This document shows positions 7,800 through 18,552 of a stretch of 64,000 nucleotides of DNA, in pieces. Each line of letters opens with the position of its first letter. Position 1 is the first letter of the stretch. The notes below the pieces were generated by a model. It did not search any database, had not been told where the DNA came from, and saw only the letters and a list, made by a program, of their open reading frames with translations. Made by a program: the position numbers and the translations under genes. The DNA comes from Candidatus Doudnabacteria bacterium (GTDB lineage Bacteria; Patescibacteriota; Doudnabacteria; UBA920): NCBI GenBank assembly GCA_041389225.1, contig JAWKSI010000001.1:51821-115820 (forward strand), read 5' to 3'.

Positions 7800-10403
7800 A
7801 TGAGCAAGCGCTCTGGACAATATAAAATTATCATGAATAACTTCGCCTTTATTTTAGAACGACTTTCAAGCCGAGCCAAAAATGCGCTCATTGCAGCACA
7901 AATGGTTTCGGAAGAACTCCACCACGATCATATCGGAACGGAGCATCTTTTGTTTGGCATTGTCGCCGAAAAAGCTTCCTTTGCCGCAGAAATTTTGATC
8001 AAATCAAAAGTCACCCCTGATGTAGTCAAACAAGAAGTTTCACTTGTTAACCAAAACAGTCAAATCGCTTCGTGGAAACCAGTTCTCTCCCCTAACCTCA
8101 AAAGTGCGATCGAAAAATCTGCGATCATTGCTAGCCAGTACGGTTATCAATTTATTGGTACCGAACATTTTTTGTACGGCCTAACTACAACGGGCAACAA
8201 CAAGTCTCGAGTAATTCTCTCTAAACTCGGAATCAACATGAACGAACTCGAACAAAATCTTATTGCTGTATTCGAAAATATTTCTAAGTTTCCAGAAATT
8301 CCAGGACAAGACAACGACCCCGAACCGACTCACGAAAACCACCCACACCCTGGTGCAATGATGCCAACCCCTGACGGTAAACGCGGCAATGTGCTCGAAC
8401 AATTTACTACAGACTTAACTCAAAAAGCAGCGCAAGGAAAAATCGACCCAGTAATTGGTCGCAAAAAAGAGATCGAACGTGTTATCAGCATCCTTGGTCG
8501 CCGAACCAAAAATAACCCAGTCCTAATTGGCGAAGCTGGAGTTGGAAAAACCGCAATCGTCGAAGGTCTTGCATTAGCAATCGCCAACCGTGAAGTTCCA
8601 GATAATTTACTCGACAAAAAAATCTTAGCTCTCGACTTAGCTTTGGTTGTTGCAGGTTCAATGTTTAGAGGAGAATTTGAGAATCGACTCAAGCAAATTA
8701 TTGATGAAGTTAAAGAAAACGAAAATGTCATCCTCTTTATTGACGAACTTCATACCATGGCTGGCGCTGGCGCTTCGCAAGGTAGTTTGGACGCGGCTAA
8801 TATTCTCAAACCTGCACTAGCCCGTGGTGAAATGCGCACTATCGGCGCCACCACAATTTCGGAATACAAAAAACATATCGAGACTGATGCTGCACTCGAA
8901 CGACGCTTTCAATCAATCTTAGTAGAAGAGCCGAGCAAAGAAGAAACTATTGCTATCCTCAAAGGTATTCGACCTAACTACGAAAAACACCATAACGTTC
9001 AGATTACTGACGAAGCTATTAATGCTGCCGTCGAACTTTCTGATCGCTACATTCAAGATCATCACCTCCCCGATAAAGCTGTTGACCTTGTCGACGAAAC
9101 TGCAGCTTTTCTTCGAAGTATTCATAGCAACTCCAAACTTGCCAAAACCAAACGCAAAGTTGAATCAGAATTAGAAACTCTCGAACAAGAAAAAACCAAA
9201 GCTGTGATGGAACAAGATTTTACAACTGCACTCCACTTGCGAAGCCAAGAAGATCGTTTACTCAAACAAAAAAAAGAACTCGATCTTTTGGCAGCCAAAG
9301 AAAAAGGTCCGGTATATTCGATTAGCGCCCAAGACATCGCCCATACCGTAAGTCTCATGACCAAAATCCCGTTACAAAAACTAGCACAGAGCGAAGTCGG
9401 AAAACTTACAAACCTCGAAAAAGTTCTCAAAACCAAAATCGTTGGTCAAGACGAATCTATTACCGAAATTGCCAAAACTATTCGCCGCAGTCGCGCTGGA
9501 TTGGCCGACCCAAATCGCCCAATCGGTTCTTTTATGTTCTTAGGTCCAACTGGAGTTGGAAAAACCGAAACCGCCAAAGCTATTGCCGCGGAAGTATTTG
9601 AAGACCCTGATGCACTAATTAGAGTCGATATGTCAGAGTTTATGGAACGCCACAATGTCGCGCGATTAATTGGCGCACCCGCTGGTTATGTTGGCTACGA
9701 AGAAGGTGGTCGCCTAACCGAAGCAGTTCGCCGTAAACCTTATGCAGTTGTCTTGTTTGACGAAATCGAAAAAGCACACCCAGAAGTATTCAATATCTTG
9801 CTTCAAATTCTTGAAGATGGTCAACTTACAGACAGCTCCGGGAAACGAGTCAACTTTACCAACACTGTGATAATTATGACTTCCAACCTTGGTATGCAAG
9901 AGCTTAATGCCCAAGCTAACAAAATTGGTTTTGCCGACAAAGAAGAAGAAACTAATCAAAAAGCCAAGCTCGAACAAGAATACGAACGCATCAAAGTCGG
10001 TCTACTAGAAAAACTCAAAAAAGATTTGCGGCCAGAATTTCTAAACCGAATCGATAAAGTTTTGATTTTTAAACCACTAGGACAAACCGAACTCAAAAAA
10101 ATTACAAGACTTCAACTCAAAGAATTATCAGAGCGTATCAAAGCTCAAGGTTCGGAACTCAAATTTGAGACACCTGTGGTCAACTTCATTACACAAAAAA
10201 GTTACGACCCGTTGCAAGGAGCGCGCTACATTCGTAAAAATATCCAAGATTTAGTCAGCGACCCATTGGCTGAAGAAATTATTTCGAATGAACTTATTCC
10301 TGGTTCAATTATCACGATTACTTTGGACCACGATGAGCAAATTCGCTTTGAACGATCTGCGAACAAAACTGCAACCAAAAAACCAGAACCAGTAGTTGCG
10401 TAA
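7800..10403 (+). CDS. clpC: ATP-dependent Clp protease ATP-binding subunit, ClpC type
   Basis: Two Clp-N repeats, two AAA+ modules (GEAGVGKT, GPTGVGKT), short UVR-like middle domain; true start may be the ATG at 7833. Confidence 0.92.
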   Translation: MSKRSGQYKIIMNNFAFILERLSSRAKNALIAAQMVSEELHHDHIGTEHLLFGIVAEKASFAAEILIKSKVTPDVVKQEVSLVNQNSQIASWKPVLSPNLKSAIEKSAIIASQYGYQFIGTEHFLYGLTTTGNNKSRVILSKLGINMNELEQNLIAVFENISKFPEIPGQDNDPEPTHENHPHPGAMMPTPDGKRGNVLEQFTTDLTQKAAQGKIDPVIGRKKEIERVISILGRRTKNNPVLIGEAGVGKTAIVEGLALAIANREVPDNLLDKKILALDLALVVAGSMFRGEFENRLKQIIDEVKENENVILFIDELHTMAGAGASQGSLDAANILKPALARGEMRTIGATTISEYKKHIETDAALERRFQSILVEEPSKEETIAILKGIRPNYEKHHNVQITDEAINAAVELSDRYIQDHHLPDKAVDLVDETAAFLRSIHSNSKLAKTKRKVESELETLEQEKTKAVMEQDFTTALHLRSQEDRLLKQKKELDLLAAKEKGPVYSISAQDIAHTVSLMTKIPLQKLAQSEVGKLTNLEKVLKTKIVGQDESITEIAKTIRRSRAGLADPNRPIGSFMFLGPTGVGKTETAKAIAAEVFEDPDALIRVDMSEFMERHNVARLIGAPAGYVGYEEGGRLTEAVRRKPYAVVLFDEIEKAHPEVFNILLQILEDGQLTDSSGKRVNFTNTVIIMTSNLGMQELNAQANKIGFADKEEETNQKAKLEQEYERIKVGLLEKLKKDLRPEFLNRIDKVLIFKPLGQTELKKITRLQLKELSERIKAQGSELKFETPVVNFITQKSYDPLQGARYIRKNIQDLVSDPLAEEIISNELIPGSIITITLDHDEQIRFERSANKTATKKPEPVVA

Positions 10404-10432
10404 AAAAATATAAATCAACAACACTAGCAACC

Positions 10433-10468
10433 CAAACCCGCTAATACTAAAGCGGGTTTTGGTTTTTA
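10433..10468 (+). terminator. intrinsic terminator
   Basis: AAACCCGC-loop-GCGGGTTT followed by a T-rich tail. Confidence 0.7.
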
Positions 10469-10574
10469 TATGCCTTTGTATTATTATCTTCTAAAGGTTT
10501 TATTGTTAAGTTAAAATTTTAGCGATCAACCACCACCTAAGTTCTGTATTTTAAAACCAAACCTTTTCTTCTTG

Positions 10575-11034
10575 GTCATCCTGAGCGCTTTTTTCCCTTT
10601 GTCATCCTGAGCGAAGTACTTGTTCTTCGTCATCCTGAGGAGCTTGCGACGAAGGATCTCTTTCCCAAACCAAAGTCCCATTTCCCTCGACCTCCGCACT
10701 GCCCTGAGGTCGGTCTCAGGAAATAGAACTTTGGTTTTTGTTTCCCATATATTCCCAAACCAAAACTTTTCTTCCCTCGAACTCCGAGCGCCTTCGCGAA
10801 GTCGTTCTCGAGAAGAAAAGCTTTGGTTTTTTGTCGTATTAATCCTCTGTCATCCTGAGCGGAGGCGAAGACGGAGTCGAAGGATCCTTTTTGTAGATTC
10901 TTCACTTCGTTCAGAATGACGTTGTGTTTGTTTAACCTTTTTTCCCTTCGTCATCCTGCTTGTACCCGAATGGGTGAGCGGAACAAGTAAAATTGTCATC
11001 CTGAGCGGAGGCGAAGCCGGAGTCGAAGGATCTC
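10575..11034. repeat. cluster of REP-like palindromic repeats (six GTCATCCTG-starting units plus two AAACCAAA...TTTGGTTT hairpin units)
   Basis: GTCATCCTG at 10575, 10601, 10629, 10849, 10950, 10995; complete copy 10849-10920 ending CAGAATGAC. Confidence 0.85.
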
Positions 11035-11104
11035 TTGCCCTCAAAAACTTGAAAAAAACTTGAACAACAAATTGCTATGCTTCAAAATATAATTTTCTTA
11101 TTTT

Positions 11105-11812
11105 ATGTTAAATTTTTTGAAACAATTTGTATTAGCAATCAAGTTTTGGATCCTCGAAGCGATTCTGCCTTATCAATGCGTTGGTTGCAATCAAGTAGGT
11201 AATTTATTTTGTTCAAACTGTCAAAGACAAACCACATTAGCAATCGACAAGTGCATCGTTTGCCAAAAACCAAGCTGGCAAGGATTCACTCACCCAAAAT
11301 GCCAAACCAGATACACACCGGATCGCTTAATAACTTTTTTTGCGTACCAAAATCGCGCCATCAAAACACTCATCGGCCTAACCAAACTCAACTTTATCTC
11401 CAATGCAATTCAAGTACTCGCACAAGCAAGCTCAAATAGAATCAAAATTTTGACTAATCATGATTTTGTTCTATGTCCAGTTCCTTTGTCTGATTATAAG
11501 TTAAGGTTTCGCGGTTTCAATCAAAGTCTAATAATCGCAAAAGTTTTAAACAAAAATTTTGAATGGCCTATCGCTCAAATTGTTGCCAAAAAGCTTTTTA
11601 TCAAACAACAAAAATTTCTCAACCAAACTGATCGCCAAGCTAACATCAAAGAGGCTTTTCTACCAACACAAGAATTAATCCAATCACCGCCAAATACAGT
11701 CATAATCGTTGACGATATTATTACGTCTGGGTCAACTTTTAAAGCAATTTCAAAGGTTCTTAAGAAAAATGGAGTACAAATAGTGTGGTGCTTAGCACTC
11801 GCCCAAGACTAA
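11105..11812 (+). CDS. comF: ComF family protein (zinc ribbon + phosphoribosyltransferase domain)
   Basis: CxxC pairs, PVPL, RGFNQS, IVDDIITSGST. Confidence 0.92.
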   Translation: MLNFLKQFVLAIKFWILEAILPYQCVGCNQVGNLFCSNCQRQTTLAIDKCIVCQKPSWQGFTHPKCQTRYTPDRLITFFAYQNRAIKTLIGLTKLNFISNAIQVLAQASSNRIKILTNHDFVLCPVPLSDYKLRFRGFNQSLIIAKVLNKNFEWPIAQIVAKKLFIKQQKFLNQTDRQANIKEAFLPTQELIQSPPNTVIIVDDIITSGSTFKAISKVLKKNGVQIVWCLALAQD

Positions 11813-11870
11813 TTGCTTTTACTAGGATTTTAGGGTAAAATTATCAAGTAAAATCATGAGTCTAAGTTAT

Positions 11871-11961
11871 GGAGAGTTGGCTGAGTGGTCGAAAGCGCCT
11901 CACTGCTAACGAGGTAGGGGTTTATAGCCTCTCAAGGGTTCGAATCCCTTACTCTCCGCCA
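11871..11961 (+). tRNA. tRNA-Ser(GCT)
   Basis: GGAGAGT/ACTCTCC acceptor stem, anticodon loop CTGCTAA, long variable arm, GGTTCGAATCC, encoded CCA. Confidence 0.97.
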
Positions 11962-12006
11962 CTAAAATTTTTATCGTGCAGACCTACACACTATCGATTT
12001 TAGGTT

Positions 12007-12036
12007 AAATAAAACCGCCGTAAGGCGGTTTTATTT
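12007..12036. terminator. bidirectional terminator
   Basis: AAATAAAACCGCC-GTAA-GGCGGTTTTATTT between tRNA and convergent PIN gene. Confidence 0.8.
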
Positions 12037-12039
12037 ATT

Positions 12040-12510
12040 CTATTTTAATTTTATATCTTTAGGTTTCAGTAAATTTATCCCTGGAACTATTTCGAAGTCG
12101 TCTTTACCATCCCTTGAGAGTATACTTTTAACATTATTATTTTTCATAATCACACAATGAAAAGCATCTCCCCAGCCAGGATTGTATAAATTCATATTTT
12201 CACCAACATCTGACCAAAAATCATCAAAGGTATAATTGCTGTTTTTATGTGTATCTAGGATAAAAAACTTAACATTATAGATCTTTGATGATCTTTGAAG
12301 CCTATTAATATCTGAAGCAACTTTTTTGGGCTTTATATTAAATTGATTTATTAATACTTTTGCCAGCTCAACAAAAGTAAATAATGAGGTTACAAACCTA
12401 ACACTCTCCATCCCACTTAGCACCTCAACAGCATTTTCTATTTCAGAGCTAAATTCATCTTTCATATACCATGAAACAAATATATTTGTATCTAAATATA
12501 TATCTTTCAT
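12040..12510 (-). CDS. PIN-domain (VapC-like) ribonuclease
   Basis: IYLDTNIF, TSLFTFVEL, GDAFH, ILSRD..DF motifs. Confidence 0.85.
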   Translation of the reverse strand: MKDIYLDTNIFVSWYMKDEFSSEIENAVEVLSGMESVRFVTSLFTFVELAKVLINQFNIKPKKVASDINRLQRSSKIYNVKFFILDTHKNSNYTFDDFWSDVGENMNLYNPGWGDAFHCVIMKNNNVKSILSRDGKDDFEIVPGINLLKPKDIKLK

Positions 12511-12511
12511 T

Positions 12512-12667
12512 TTATTTCTTAGCTTTGAATTTTACTGGAACTTCAACCTTTACAGCTTTTTTAGCTTTAAATGAAACACTCTCACCATTTTTAGTTTTAA
12601 AACTAACAGTTACCGGCTTTTGGACTGTCTTGGTAGCCTTAAATTCAACAATTTTTTTGCGTGTCAT
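12512..12667 (-). CDS. small Lys-rich protein (51 aa), candidate partner of the PIN protein
   Basis: Manual translation MTRKKIVEFKATKTVQKPVTVSFKTKNGESVSFKAKKAVKVEVPVKFKAKK; stop 1 nt before the PIN start. Confidence 0.65.
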   Translation of the reverse strand: MTRKKIVEFKATKTVQKPVTVSFKTKNGESVSFKAKKAVKVEVPVKFKAKK

Positions 12668-12676
12668 AATTCGATT

Positions 12677-13949
12677 CTACACCAATTTAAGAATCTTGTC
12701 TTCATACTTAATTTTAGATTTTAAATTAGACAATAATAATCTTTTCTCACTAATAGAGCCTTCTTTCAGCAAATATTTTGCATAATTTTTTATGTCAGCG
12801 TCTTTATTATTAGAGACACTCTTAATACCCAAGACACTGGATTGAAATTTATTAAACCTGCTTACTTCGAGCTCTAGCCTTTTCTTAATCCCCAGTTCAT
12901 CAATATCCGTATAATCAATAATTTTAGCTAACTGATCAATCAGCTCTTTTTCTCTAATATACTTGTTTTTACAAAACCTATCTTTAGCTCTAGTGCAGGA
13001 ATAATAAATGTATTTGTTTGACCCACCGTTTTTTAGCTCTTTCCATTTTTCTTCTGCTGATATTCCTGAGCCACACTTACCGCATATAAACATTTTAGTA
13101 AATGCGAATTCTTTAGATTGTCTAGAAATATTATTTCTCTTAAGTTGTTCCTGAACTTTATCAAATAACTCCTTGGTTATAATTGGCTTGTGTCTTCCTT
13201 GATAAACATTGCCGCTATTTCTTGGATATTCAAATTCTCCGTAATAAAAGGTGCTTTGAAGTATTTTGTAAACCGCCGAAAGTGTTACAGGTCTATTACC
13301 TCTTGTATAGAAGTTAAGCTCGAATCTTAACCAGTGATATAACTTTCTACCTGACCATTTTTCGTGAGCCACTTTTTCGAACATTTGTTTTATAACTAAG
13401 GCTCTCTGAGGATCCTGAATAACCACACCCTTTCTATCTGTGCGCTTTTGGTTTAGATAGCCCAAAGGTGCCATATTTGGCCAAAAACCAAGCTCTACGC
13501 GCGTCCTCAACCCTCTTTTAACATTTATACCACGATTGTCATTTTCTAGCTTAGCTTGAGACCCCAATATCATCAGCAAAAACTTTTCATTTGGATTATT
13601 AGAAAACTCTTGGCCGTATGTTCTAATTTTTTGCAATTGCCCTCCATCCATTAAATCGACAATAGATCCCAAGTCTCCAGCATTACGAGATAACCTATCA
13701 GGCGCCCAGGTGAGTATGCCGTTAAATTCTACCCTCTTTAATTTCGCTTAAGAGCTCATTAAAGACTGGTCTTTGATTAGTTTCTTTAGCAGAATGTGAT
13801 TCTTGTTTAATTGTCACAATCTCAAGCCGATCACGCTCTGCTATTTGTAGCATCTCTTTTATCTGTGAATCTATAGACATTACCTGCTTCTCGTCGCCCT
13901 CGGAGCTACCCCTTGCGTATAGACAATATCTTATCTTTATTTCTTCCAT
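12677..13949 (-). CDS. large serine recombinase (frameshift near 13730)
   Basis: YCLYAR.SSE...SIDSQ and PDRLSRN catalytic motifs, APLGY recombinase domain, CGKCG...YYSC zinc ribbon. Confidence 0.88.
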
Positions 13950-14020
13950 ACCACATTAATGACGCACCTGCCTTTTTTAGTCTAGGTAGATAATTTAAAA
14001 ATCAGCCATTTGGCTGATTT

Positions 14021-14722
14021 TTAAGAATACTTATATTCGAGTTTCTCTTTGACTTTTTTCCAATTTGGTAGCTTCTTGTCTAAACAAGCAAAAAATAACT
14101 TATTATGCTTTCTATATTTAATATGGCATAGCTCATGGATTAAAACATAATCTATACAATCTTTAGATGCGTGAATAAGTTTTGGATTTAATGATACTTT
14201 TTTACCCTTAAGGAAACTTCCCCACCTCTTCGACATATTTCTTAGTTCTAACACCAAATCATTATTTTTCGGAAATAGCTTTTTCATCTTCTCAAACCTA
14301 TCCTCAAATACAACAACTGTTTTTTCTTTATACCACCGATCAATTAATATTTTTGTATACGAACTGTTCTTAACTGATTTACTTGTTCTCACCTCAAAGA
14401 CCCCTCTAAAGAGGCATATCGAATCAGCTTTAGCACTTTTAACTACTAATTTATATTGCCTACCTAAATATAATAAACTTTCCCCAGAAACATACTCACG
14501 TTTATATTCTTTTTTATTCACTCGATCAAAAAAGTCGAGCTGTTTATTCATCCAAAACCATTTTCGTTTTAAAAACTGTTCAACTTTATACAGGTCAATA
14601 TCCAAGGGACCTTTGACCACTATTTCTTTGCTCGGTTTAATCGTTAAAGATAAACTTTTGCGTTTTTGTTTTATTAATTGATATTGGTATTGGTAATTTC
14701 CGTATACAAATTTTTTGATCAT
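14021..14722 (-). CDS. YgjP-like zinc metallopeptidase associated with type I R-M
   Basis: YVSGESLLYLGRQY, KRWGS, DYVLIHELCH; usual position after hsdR. Confidence 0.88.
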   Translation of the reverse strand: MIKKFVYGNYQYQYQLIKQKRKSLSLTIKPSKEIVVKGPLDIDLYKVEQFLKRKWFWMNKQLDFFDRVNKKEYKREYVSGESLLYLGRQYKLVVKSAKADSICLFRGVFEVRTSKSVKNSSYTKILIDRWYKEKTVVVFEDRFEKMKKLFPKNNDLVLELRNMSKRWGSFLKGKKVSLNPKLIHASKDCIDYVLIHELCHIKYRKHNKLFFACLDKKLPNWKKVKEKLEYKYS

Positions 14723-17700
14723 TAGATTATCTTATGGTTATTCTCTGCCAACTGCACGGCTTTTTCAATCACTTCTTTACTAGCTTCTGGGCTTAAATCC
14801 AAATCATATTCAACCCTTGCCACATCATACAAATAGTCGTCAATTTTATTCATCATCTTTCTTTTTACATCTAAATTTTTATGCCAATCCACTATACTTT
14901 CTTGTTTGATTATACCTATGATATCTAATATTACCGAGGTATAATTTTCGCCGTCTAAAGGTATTAAGTTCTGTAAATTTCTATACAGAATGTCAGCACC
15001 TTTAACAGCAGTTACTTTTTCTGGCAAGCCTTCATCTCTTTTATTTACCACTTGGTCTTCAATCAACCTTAATTGTTTTAAGGCTTCGATGTCTGCCAGT
15101 TTCTTTAATCTCATTTGATCTAAAATCTCTTGGATTTTTTGAAAAGCGATCATAAAATTCTGGATCAGACTCAACATTTTCTCTAATTGTCTTATCTGTC
15201 TGGGCCGCGATCGCTTCTGCTTTAGATTTGTCGGAACCTAGATTTTCTACTTCTTCTTGAAATGCATCTCGGTCGGTAATGTTAACTTGCTTAGTCAAAA
15301 GTTCTACCCCTTTTGCATCAACGTATTTATCCAGCACATCAATTAAAGACTGTTTGTATTCTCCTAAATCTACAGAATCACCATAAACCAAACTTGAAGC
15401 TTTTCTTAATTCCATAAATTTCTTTAGCTCTCTTTTATATAAATCAATGTGTTTAAATTCTTTTACAAAGTTTTGTAAGACGAGACATTCATTAAACTCA
15501 CGAATAAACTTATTCATAGTTTTATAAAATACATCTCTTTGCTGTTCATCCTCTAAATGTCTAATAAAAACCTCGTCATCTTTAGAACCCTTAACTTCTT
15601 TAAAAATATCGTGAAGTTCACCATATGAATGTTCCAGCGATTCTATTTTGTCATCTACATCAATTAAAGCACTCTTAACATCATCTTCATCATAATTACC
15701 AAATAGTTTCATTGCGGTATCAATATTCTTAGCATTTTCCGAATAGTCGACTATAAAACCAGCAGTTTTTGGCAAGACTTCATTTTCAAATAATCTATTG
15801 ACCCGAGCAATAGCTTGCAGTAAATTATGATCTCTTAAGTCTTTGGATAAATACAAAACTGTATTTCGTGGAGCATCAAATCCAGTAAGAAGCTTATCTA
15901 CCACTATAATAATCTCCACCCCATCTTCATTATTTTTAAAACTACTAATCACACCGTCTTCATAAGATTTTACACTAGAGTGATTAGCCCTAACTTCGCC
16001 CAAATAATCCACTACAGTCTTTTTATGGGTATTAACTTTATCTCCATCCTCATGTTCATCAGAAATCACTACAGCTGTATTGATCTTCCCACTAATTGCA
16101 AAAGCTCGCTGGAACAACACCGCAGAAAACTTTGATGGTGCTACAACCTGTGCCTTTAATCCAGTACCTTTAAAATTATCCAAAAAGTGTTTTTCTATAT
16201 CAAAAGCTATCTCTGCAATTCTCTGGGGATTGTCTTTAATAATTTTACTTCCTACATATTGCTGAATCTCTTGCTTTTGTTTGTCCGACATTCCAGCGGT
16301 AATCCGCTCGATATGTTTGTCGATCATGTCTTTATTCTGCACTAAATCGACATATCGACCCTCATAAATTAAAGGTAAAATAACTTTATCATCTAAGGCA
16401 TCATCAATTGTATACCTATCAATGTAGCTACCAAATTTTCTCCAACTTTCAGCTTCTTTTTTCATTAATGGAGTGCCTGTAAAGGCAATATAACAAGCGT
16501 TAGGAATTATCCGATTCATTTCCAAATTGGCAATCCCGGTTTGACTGCGGTGTGCTTCATCAATTAATACAAAAATATTTGAATCATTATCAACCAAGCC
16601 AGTTCGCTTTTTACTGGCTGATTCAAACTTATGCACCAAAGTAGTAATTACGTCCAAACTCTTATCTTTTATTAATCCTAATAAATGCTCGCCACTAGTG
16701 GCCTGGGTTACACCCTTTTTAAGATTACAGTTTTTAAAAGTATCTTTAATTTGTTTGTCTAAATCTTTACGATCTGTAACTACAATCACTCTTGGGTTGG
16801 TAATATTCGGATCTTCTATTAACGCTTTCACAAACATGACCATTGTTAAAGATTTACCTGACCCTTGAGTATGCCAAATTAACCCACCTTTTCTCTTACC
16901 TTCGCCATTAGCACCTTCTTCGTATTCATTAATTCGATTAAATATTTTACGGATTGCAAAATACTGTTGGTACCTGGAGATCTTTTTTATCCCAGCGTCA
17001 AAAACTATATAGTTTTTAGTTAAATCTAAAAGCCTGTCTGGTTTAAATAAAAACACCACACCTTTATCTTGTTCTGTTACCAATCTACTTGTATGTTGTG
17101 TAGTTTGTTCAGGAGATCCATTTAAATCTTTAACCAACTGATTATATACTTTTGGTTCAATTTGCCTTTGCATTACAGACAAAACCTCAGATTCTACTTC
17201 TTCTACACTTAAGCCTTTTTCCTTCCATGCGCTATAAAACTTATTAGGTGTTCCCGTGGTACCATATCTTAAGTCCTTACCATTAGTGCCAACTAATAGT
17301 TGAGCATATGTAAATAACTTAGGGCAATAATCTGCTCCCTGGTTGCGATTTTGTTGCGAGAAAGCCTTGTCTACATCTACGCTAGATTTTTTGTTTTCTA
17401 TTACTGCGAAGGGTATTCCGTTTACAAAACAAACAATGTCTGGGCGAATCTTTTGCTTTCCTTGGGCTTCAAATTCTACAGATACATGGTAGTCATTATT
17501 ATCTGGATTTTTAAAATCTATAAATCTAAAATTCTTAGAAACCTTTTTACCATCGTGATGCACGACTATTGTTTTCCCACCAGCCGTCGGCATAATAGTG
17601 TTAAACACTTCTTGTGAACTATCTATTAAGCCTTTGTATTCTAAATTCTCTAATTCATCAATTGCATCCCTAACATCCTTTTCTCCAAACTTATAGTTTT

Positions 17701-17896
17701 TACCATCTACTTCGTAACTATTAAGCTCCATTAGTTTTTTAGATGCAATATCGTGCAGCAAAAAAGTGCTTGAGTCATTTCCACGCAGCTGCATTATTTC
17801 TTCTCGAGAAATATATTTATATCCAAGATTAATCAATAACTCTACAAAAGGTAATTGTGATTGCCTGGCTTCATCAAAATGTACTTGTTCTAACAT
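14722..17896 (-). CDS. hsdR: type I restriction endonuclease subunit R (frameshift near 15140)
   Basis: PDIV..VNGIP..IENK nuclease motif, WHTQGSGKS, DEAHRSQ, FTGTP, LLTGFDAP, LLQAIARVNR; C-terminus continues in ORF 14722-15177. Confidence 0.93.
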
Positions 17897-17938
17897 AATT
17901 TAGTAATTTAATTCCTATAAATAAGTGGGTTTTTATAT

Positions 17939-17966
17939 TTGACATAAACATGATTTATGCTATAAT
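17939..17966 (+). promoter_or_regulatory. sigma70 promoter antisense to the R-M operon
   Basis: TTGACA-N16-TATAAT with extended -10 TG. Confidence 0.75.
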
Positions 17967-17971
17967 ACCTA

Positions 17972-18027
17972 CATCAATACGAAAAGGGATCCGAACGGTT
18001 AATTACCTAAGGAGCCCTTTTCTTTTT
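17972..18027 (+). ncRNA. candidate small hairpin RNA overlapping the 3' end of the NYN gene in antisense
   Basis: GAAAAGGG/CCCTTTTC, TCC/GGA, GGT/ACC stems then TTTTT, directly after the promoter. Confidence 0.5.
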
Positions 18028-18544
18028 GCATGATTTTACTTTTAATACTAGGATTTTCTAGTTGATCAAAATATTCTGCGCCAATTTTTTTATATAAAGA
18101 GGAAGCGTATTTTTTATTTGGAAATAATACCTTTAAAAACCTATTTTCGGATATCAAAAAATCAACGAGCATTTTATAGTCGCCATCGCCAGACACTAAG
18201 ACAACTTTATCAAAGTCATCTTTTTTATACATCTTTTTCATAATAGAAAAAATAATATCACAATCCACATTTCCTTTTTTATTTCCCAGCATTGCAGAAT
18301 TATGTTCTCTAAAGACTAAAACAAAACCGGCTTCTTGTATATCTGTATATAAATCTTGATAGTCTTCGTTAAGCCACCCTAAAAAATAATATGCAGTTTT
18401 AACCTTATATTTATTTGCCAAGTATACCCGAAATTTCTCCAAGTCTACTTTCCAAGGACTTATTTCATGCTTAGTGGTGCCCATAAATAAATTTTGCCCA
18501 TCAATATAGGCTAAATTATTTGGTTGTGATTGATAGTCATTCAT
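17999..18544 (-). CDS. NYN domain (LabA/DUF88, PIN-like) protein
   Basis: AYIDGQNL, KKGNVD, VLVSGDGDY motifs. Confidence 0.9.
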   Translation of the reverse strand: MNDYQSQPNNLAYIDGQNLFMGTTKHEISPWKVDLEKFRVYLANKYKVKTAYYFLGWLNEDYQDLYTDIQEAGFVLVFREHNSAMLGNKKGNVDCDIIFSIMKKMYKKDDFDKVVLVSGDGDYKMLVDFLISENRFLKVLFPNKKYASSLYKKIGAEYFDQLENPSIKSKIMQKEKGSLGN

Positions 18545-18552
18545 ATAAGATA

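Noticed and set aside
10620-11044. ORFs 10620-10919, 10630-10905 and 10850-11044
   Set aside because: They are translations of palindromic repeats and have no protein-like features.
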